This document shows, piece after piece, positions 59,797 to 64,000 of a stretch of 64,000 nt of DNA (position 1 is the stretch's first letter; every line of letters starts with the position of its first letter). The DNA is from Armatimonadota bacterium. GTDB taxonomy: Bacteria; Armatimonadota; SYMT01. The position numbers were made by a program, and so were the translations under genes. Under the pieces are notes generated by a model. It did not search any database, was not told where the DNA came from, and saw only the letters and a program-made list of their open reading frames with translations. The DNA lies in NCBI GenBank assembly GCA_041690135.1, contig JAWLHY010000009.1, positions 1 to 64,000 on the forward strand, in the 5' to 3' direction.

Positions 59797-60453
59797 TCAG
59801 TCCTCGATCCAGCCCGCGTAGTACGGCCGGAGCGCCTCCGGAAGCGGGCGGCGGCCGAAATGGTACCGCTCCAGGATCCGCACGTGGCACTCGTCCGGCG
59901 AGCGGCGGTCTTTGTAGCCGGCGAGGCAGGCGTCGAGCCAGGCGGTGAGGTCCGAAGAAGCGCGCTCCAGGTCGCGCAGCACTTCCGGAAAGGCGTCCCG
60001 CAGCTTGCGAGGCAGCTTGGGCCAGAAAACGTGCGCGAACTCGTGGGCCAACACCGGCGGGGTGAGGGCACCGGCCACCCCGGCGATGAGCGGGAGCGGC
60101 CGCAGGCAAACCGCGCCAATCCAGGGGGTGCTCGGCAGAGCGCCCCCGCCGGGGATCCAGCGCGGCACCAGGTACACGCCGGCCACGGCTCCTGCCCACG
60201 CCACGCCGGTGGGCACCCGCACCACCGCTATCCGGTCCAGCATGCGCCGGGCGGTGGGGGTGAACCGGCCGTAGGTATAGGCCTCTTCGCGAAGCTCGCG
60301 ACCGGCACCGGCCCACGCCAGCCAGAACCGGGCCGCCCCCTCTTGCCGGAGATCGGCGCGTGCCTGGGTTAGCCAGGTGGGACCTGTAGGGTGCGGCTTT
60401 TTTGCGGTGGACGGGTCATCAGGCCCCCCTGTGGGGGGTAAACATTCAGGCAT
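59797..60453 (-). CDS. hypothetical protein with HExxH zinc-binding motif; start uncertain
   Basis: VLAHEFAHV plus downstream PDEC; upstream ATG lies within a repeat. Confidence 0.55.
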   Translation of the reverse strand: MPECLPPTGGPDDPSTAKKPHPTGPTWLTQARADLRQEGAARFWLAWAGAGRELREEAYTYGRFTPTARRMLDRIAVVRVPTGVAWAGAVAGVYLVPRWIPGGGALPSTPWIGAVCLRPLPLIAGVAGALTPPVLAHEFAHVFWPKLPRKLRDAFPEVLRDLERASSDLTAWLDACLAGYKDRRSPDECHVRILERYHFGRRPLPEALRPYYAGWIED

Positions 60454-60492
60454 TCACGCGTTCGGCATTCAGGCCCCCCTGTGGGGGTAAAC
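60419..60492. repeat. two palindromic 24-25-bp direct repeats separated by TTCAGGCA-type octamers
   Basis: TCAGGCCCCCCTGTGGGGG(G)TAAAC at 60419-60443 and 60469-60492. Confidence 0.85.
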
Positions 60493-60553
60493 GTTCGGAT
60501 GGTGAGTGGTCAGGAGTTGGGGTGGGCGGTACACGTTTTGAATTCAACGTCTC

Positions 60554-61912
60554 TCAACGGGGAAGACGGGCCGGTTCGTTCCCTATGATGAGGCGGAAGG
60601 TTTCTTCCGCCATATCGCGGAGGCGTACCCGGTGGTAGCCGGTGACCCCGGTCTGTAATGTGTCGTTGAACGGGGCGGTCCATTCCCCGGGAATCTCCCG
60701 GGCGCCGTGGAGAATGCCGACCACCGAGCCGACGGTCGCGCCGTTGCAGTCCGTATCGAAGCACGCCTGCACGGCGCGGCACAGCGTTTCGCCGAACCGC
60801 TTCTCGCCCCACAGTAGACCCAGGGTCACCACCATCGCATTGCTGATGGTGTGGCACCAGTCGTGGACGCGCCGCTCATCCCAGATACGGTGAATCCGGT
60901 CCGTGGCGTCGTCGTAGTCCACGCCCTCCCGGTACCAGCCCAGAACGGAGCGGACCGCCTCGGCCAGCCGGCAGTGCGCGGGAATTTCGCCCAGCCCGGT
61001 CTCGACGATCGTGGGAAGGTCTTCCGTCGCGAAGGCCGCCGCGATCATGGCCGCGGCCCACATCTCGCCGTAGATGCCGTTTTTTACATGGGAGATGCTG
61101 GCGTCCCGCCACGCCAGCTCCGCGGCCAGTTGTGGGTTTCCGGGGGCGGCGTAGCCCCAGAAGTCGGCCCGGATCTGCGCGCCGATCCACTCCCGGTACA
61201 CATTGCGGAAGACAGCCGATTGCGGTGGGGGAATGAGCAGGCAGAGATTACGGTAGGCGACCCGCTCCGCCGTGCAGCAGTGGAGAATGGGGATCTCCCG
61301 CAGCCAGAACTCCGCCACGTCCGCGGGAGAGAAGCCCGGACCGTACTGCTTCAGGATGGCCAGCCCCGTGGTGGTATAGTTCGTGTCGTCATCTTCCGGC
61401 ATCGAGTCGACCGTCTCGATGAAACAGCGGTCCGGTCGCACCTCGTACTTCTCCCGCACCGGGGCAGGGGCATCAAGGCTGAAGTACGACGAGAGGGGAA
61501 AGCGGTCCGTTTCGCGCAGGTAGCCCCACATCCGGGGGCGTCGCCAGCCTTCCACTGGTTTCCCCAGAAGACACCCGCAGACCCGTCCCAGCCAGGCGCC
61601 GTAGATCCGGTCGCGCAGTTCCGCGTCGCCCAGGCGCGGCGTAGGCAGACGAGGTCGATCCGGCGGCCGGGTGGCGCGGATCCCCTCCAGGTCCGAGGGT
61701 TCCATGTAGGGGAAGTCGCTTCGGATCGGAAGGGCGGCCGTCCGGTCGAGCAGGTCCTGGGCGGCGGGTTGGTTCGCCGGATTCTCCAGGTCGAGGGCCT
61801 CCACCCGGGCGAACGCCTCTTCCACCGGCGCAAGGGCCTTGCCTTCCTGCTCGCACTGCAAACGCTCGGTCTGCAGGTCGGTGTTGCTGATGTAAAGCCA
61901 GATGGGGTTCAT
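60554..61912 (-). CDS. ADP-ribosylglycohydrolase family protein
   Basis: GAWLGRVCGCLLGKPVE, EDDDTNY, WIGAQIRAD, DASISH, DTDCNGAT. Confidence 0.92.
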   Translation of the reverse strand: MNPIWLYISNTDLQTERLQCEQEGKALAPVEEAFARVEALDLENPANQPAAQDLLDRTAALPIRSDFPYMEPSDLEGIRATRPPDRPRLPTPRLGDAELRDRIYGAWLGRVCGCLLGKPVEGWRRPRMWGYLRETDRFPLSSYFSLDAPAPVREKYEVRPDRCFIETVDSMPEDDDTNYTTTGLAILKQYGPGFSPADVAEFWLREIPILHCCTAERVAYRNLCLLIPPPQSAVFRNVYREWIGAQIRADFWGYAAPGNPQLAAELAWRDASISHVKNGIYGEMWAAAMIAAAFATEDLPTIVETGLGEIPAHCRLAEAVRSVLGWYREGVDYDDATDRIHRIWDERRVHDWCHTISNAMVVTLGLLWGEKRFGETLCRAVQACFDTDCNGATVGSVVGILHGAREIPGEWTAPFNDTLQTGVTGYHRVRLRDMAEETFRLIIGNEPARLPR

Positions 61913-62103
61913 ACCGAGCGGTTAGAGGATCCAGGGCCAAAACCCTCTTGCCCGTCGCTCCCAGCCATCGATTTAGCCCCTCCTAAATCTTGCAACAAAG
62001 GTTGCTGGGCAGCCGGGATTTGGATGGGGCTATAATGATGCCGGTGCCCCCGGAAATGTCGGATGCAGGCATCCGCTGCGCGTGGTTTTGTCGAGGTGTA
62101 TCG

Positions 62104-62433
62104 ATGCTGGCTCCCCGCGATGAGAATGGTTTCACCCTGCTCGGAGAACTGCCCGCCGCCGACGGTCTGGAAAAGGTAGAAGTCCAGTCCCGCACCGACG
62201 CGGAAGGCAACTCTGTACTCGAGTTGGTGGAGTACCGCTGGGGGTCGGGCCTGGGCTGGTACGTGCAGAAGCGGATCTCCCTGGACTGCGGCCAGGCCGA
62301 AGCACTTCGTGCCATTCTCGGGGCTCACGCCGCCACATCGACTGCTGCCGCACCGCCGGCTCCCCGGCTGAAGCGCCCCGCTCCTGCTCGCACGCAGGAA
62401 GGGAACGTCATCCGGCTCGACTTCGCCTCCTGA
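62104..62433 (+). CDS. small hypothetical protein (beta-meander plus helix)
   Basis: GAGGT RBS; perfect TATAAT at 62031-62036 upstream; LELVEYRWGSGLGWYVQKRISLD. Confidence 0.7.
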   Translation: MLAPRDENGFTLLGELPAADGLEKVEVQSRTDAEGNSVLELVEYRWGSGLGWYVQKRISLDCGQAEALRAILGAHAATSTAAAPPAPRLKRPAPARTQEGNVIRLDFAS

Positions 62434-62475
62434 GGTTCGAGATTAGTCGTGGCTAAAAAAGGTTTTCCCAACGCA

Positions 62476-62504
62476 TTGACTCTCGCCTGCTTCTGAGCTA
62501 CACC
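62476..62504 (+). promoter_or_regulatory. possible sigma70 promoter TTGACT-N17-TACACC
   Basis: Good -35, 17-bp spacer, imperfect -10, upstream of the DUF1559 gene. Confidence 0.4.
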
Positions 62505-62552
62505 ATGAAGCGAAGCAGGCAGTCGTGCCATCGTTTAGGAAGGGCTTCTTCT

Positions 62553-63296
62553 ATGCGCTCCCCCCGCCGTCGAGGCTTTACTCTGATTGAACTGCTCGTG
62601 GTGATTGCGATCATTGCAATCCTCGCCGCGATCCTGTTCCCGGTGTTCGCCCAGGCGCGAGAGAAGGCGCGCGCCATCTCTTGCCTCTCGAACCTGAAGC
62701 AGATGTCGCTGGGTATTTCGATGTACGTGACGGACAACGAGTATTATCCCGTCTACTCGTATGCCAGCCCAAGCAACGAGCGCTGGCACACGATTCTGCA
62801 GCCCTACGTGAAGAACACTCAGGTTTTCGTCTGCCCTTCCTCGGCCTTCCAGCGCTATCACTTCCGGAACATGGGCTACGGGTACAATCACCAGTATCTC
62901 GCCCGCTCGGTGAGCCGCGGGGGGACGGGAACCACCCACGAAGTGCAGATCGAGTATCCGGCCGACACCATTGCGGTAGCGGATGCTTTCGGTACGGGGG
63001 GGTGGGCGCAGACCCCGCTTCCCTGGAGCGACGCCGACAACACTTGTGAGCGGTACGGCAACCACGGCTACACCATCGATCCGCCGCTGCTGCCGGCCGG
63101 GAGCAGTTGGGGGACGAGCTGCAGCGTGAGCAGCCCGATTGCCGGGTATCCGGGAGCCGGCCATACCCGCATCGGCACCCGGCATAACGGTGGCGCGAAC
63201 GTCGCCTTCTGCGATGGACACGCCAAGTGGATGCGCCGCGAAATCCTGGAGGTGGACAACACCTACTGGAACGGGCGTAAGGTAGCTGCCCCCTAA
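62553..63296 (+). CDS. DUF1559 prepilin-type protein with H-X9-DG motif
   Basis: G|[32 protein letters not shown]; [12 protein letters not shown]. Confidence 0.93.
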   Translation: MRSPRRRGFTLIELLVVIAIIAILAAILFPVFAQAREKARAISCLSNLKQMSLGISMYVTDNEYYPVYSYASPSNERWHTILQPYVKNTQVFVCPSSAFQRYHFRNMGYGYNHQYLARSVSRGGTGTTHEVQIEYPADTIAVADAFGTGGWAQTPLPWSDADNTCERYGNHGYTIDPPLLPAGSSWGTSCSVSSPIAGYPGAGHTRIGTRHNGGANVAFCDGHAKWMRREILEVDNTYWNGRKVAAP

Positions 63297-63339
63297 CCAC
63301 AAGTTGGGTGAGGCTTCAGACCAATTACCGCAAGCAATT

Positions 63340-63423
63340 GGAATGGGAAAGTGGGGGAATGGGAGCAGTCTGGTGCCAGACGCTTCCGTTCCCCCATCCT
63401 CATTCTCCCATTCCCATTCTCTC
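63340..63423. repeat. imperfect inverted repeat built from GAATGGG-type units between convergent genes
   Basis: GAATGGGAAAGTGGGGGAATGGGA pairs imperfectly with TCCTCATTCTCCCATTCCCATTC. Confidence 0.7.
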
Positions 63424-63458
63424 GTTCCGCACGGTTCCACAGTCCGCCCCAGGATCCC

Positions 63459-64000
63459 TCATGAGGCGCTCGCCAGAACCGTCTGCGGGTGCGCGCGGCC
63501 GATCACGTAGGCTAGCTGGGCGCGCGCCCGGGCGACCGCGTAACGGGCGGTCACGGCATCGGTGCGGGCGCGGGTGACTACGGTTTCCGCCTCAGTGACC
63601 CGCAGCGCCGGCGCGATGCCCGCAGCCACCTGCTTGCGCGCGACTTCCAGTGCCTCTTCGGCGGCCTTCACGCGGGCCGCCTCGGCGCTTTGGCGCTGTT
63701 CGGCGGCTTCCAGGGCGACTCGTGTCTGCTCGATCTGCTCCTCCGCCAGGCGCTCGGCTTCCTTGAGGTTCGCTCCCGCGCGCTGGCGAGTGGCGCGAGC
63801 CGCCTCTACCTGCGCGCGCGACCGGCCGCCATCGAACAACGTTTGCACGATGGCGCTGCCCAGAGACCAGGCGAAACCGCCCAGCAGCGTTTCCGGCAGG
63901 CGCTGGAGTAGATTGCCTCGCAGTGCGACGAACGGCCGCCGGGCCGCCCGGGCCTGGTCGACTCCCGCTTCTGCCGCTTCGACGTCCTCGCGCATTGCCC
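63459..64000 (-). CDS. TolC-family outer membrane efflux protein (3' part; 5' end outside window)
   Basis: QTLFDGGR, long Ala/Glu/Arg helices, AGIAPALRVTEAE, C-terminal ARAQLAYVIG. Confidence 0.85.
   Translation of the reverse strand, partial: AMREDVEAAEAGVDQARAARRPFVALRGNLLQRLPETLLGGFAWSLGSAIVQTLFDGGRSRAQVEAARATRQRAGANLKEAERLAEEQIEQTRVALEAAEQRQSAEAARVKAAEEALEVARKQVAAGIAPALRVTEAETVVTRARTDAVTARYAVARARAQLAYVIGRAHPQTVLASAS

Noticed and set aside
60419-60492. Two palindromic ~25-bp repeats with a 25-bp spacer as a mini-CRISPR
   Set aside because: Only two copies, and the spacer consists of the TTCAGGCA-type octamers seen elsewhere; no leader or cas genes
1-64000. tRNA, rRNA, tmRNA, RNase P, riboswitches
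   Set aside because: No diagnostic motifs recognised by eye; an Infernal/tRNAscan run would be needed to exclude them formally

Overview
GC-rich bacterial chromosomal window, most likely Armatimonadota (inference: three prepilin-type DUF1559/H-X9-DG proteins with the [11 protein letters not shown][QK]ARE signature, a TolC-family gene, and an FtsZ-containing dcw cluster). The core is a minus-strand division/cell-wall cluster at 21.0-39.7 kb (rsmH, ftsL-like, ftsI, murE, murF, mraY, murD, ftsW, murG, murC, ddl, ftsQ, DUF881, sbp, ftsA, ftsZ); mraZ and murB are not in the window. Accessory genes include an MFS transporter, glycosyltransferases, hydrolases, TPR-fused proteases, tpiA and a ferredoxin. 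Most notable observations: (1) a REP-associated tyrosine transposase (RAYT) inside a ~381-bp-period array of alternating inverted REP hairpins with colinear but strongly diverged spacers; (2) a Thg1-like 3'-5' polymerase gene missing its catalytic core through an in-frame deletion; (3) many 7/8-mer tandem arrays and several REP hairpin families in intergenic gaps, one array lying in frame inside a radical SAM gene and another possibly acting as a frame switch for a protease; (4) DUF1559 pilin-like genes paired with tiny lipoproteins, one pair behind a LacI-family gene with a visible promoter and operator. No rRNA, tRNA or CRISPR array was recognised. All family assignments come from motif recognition by eye, not database searches.
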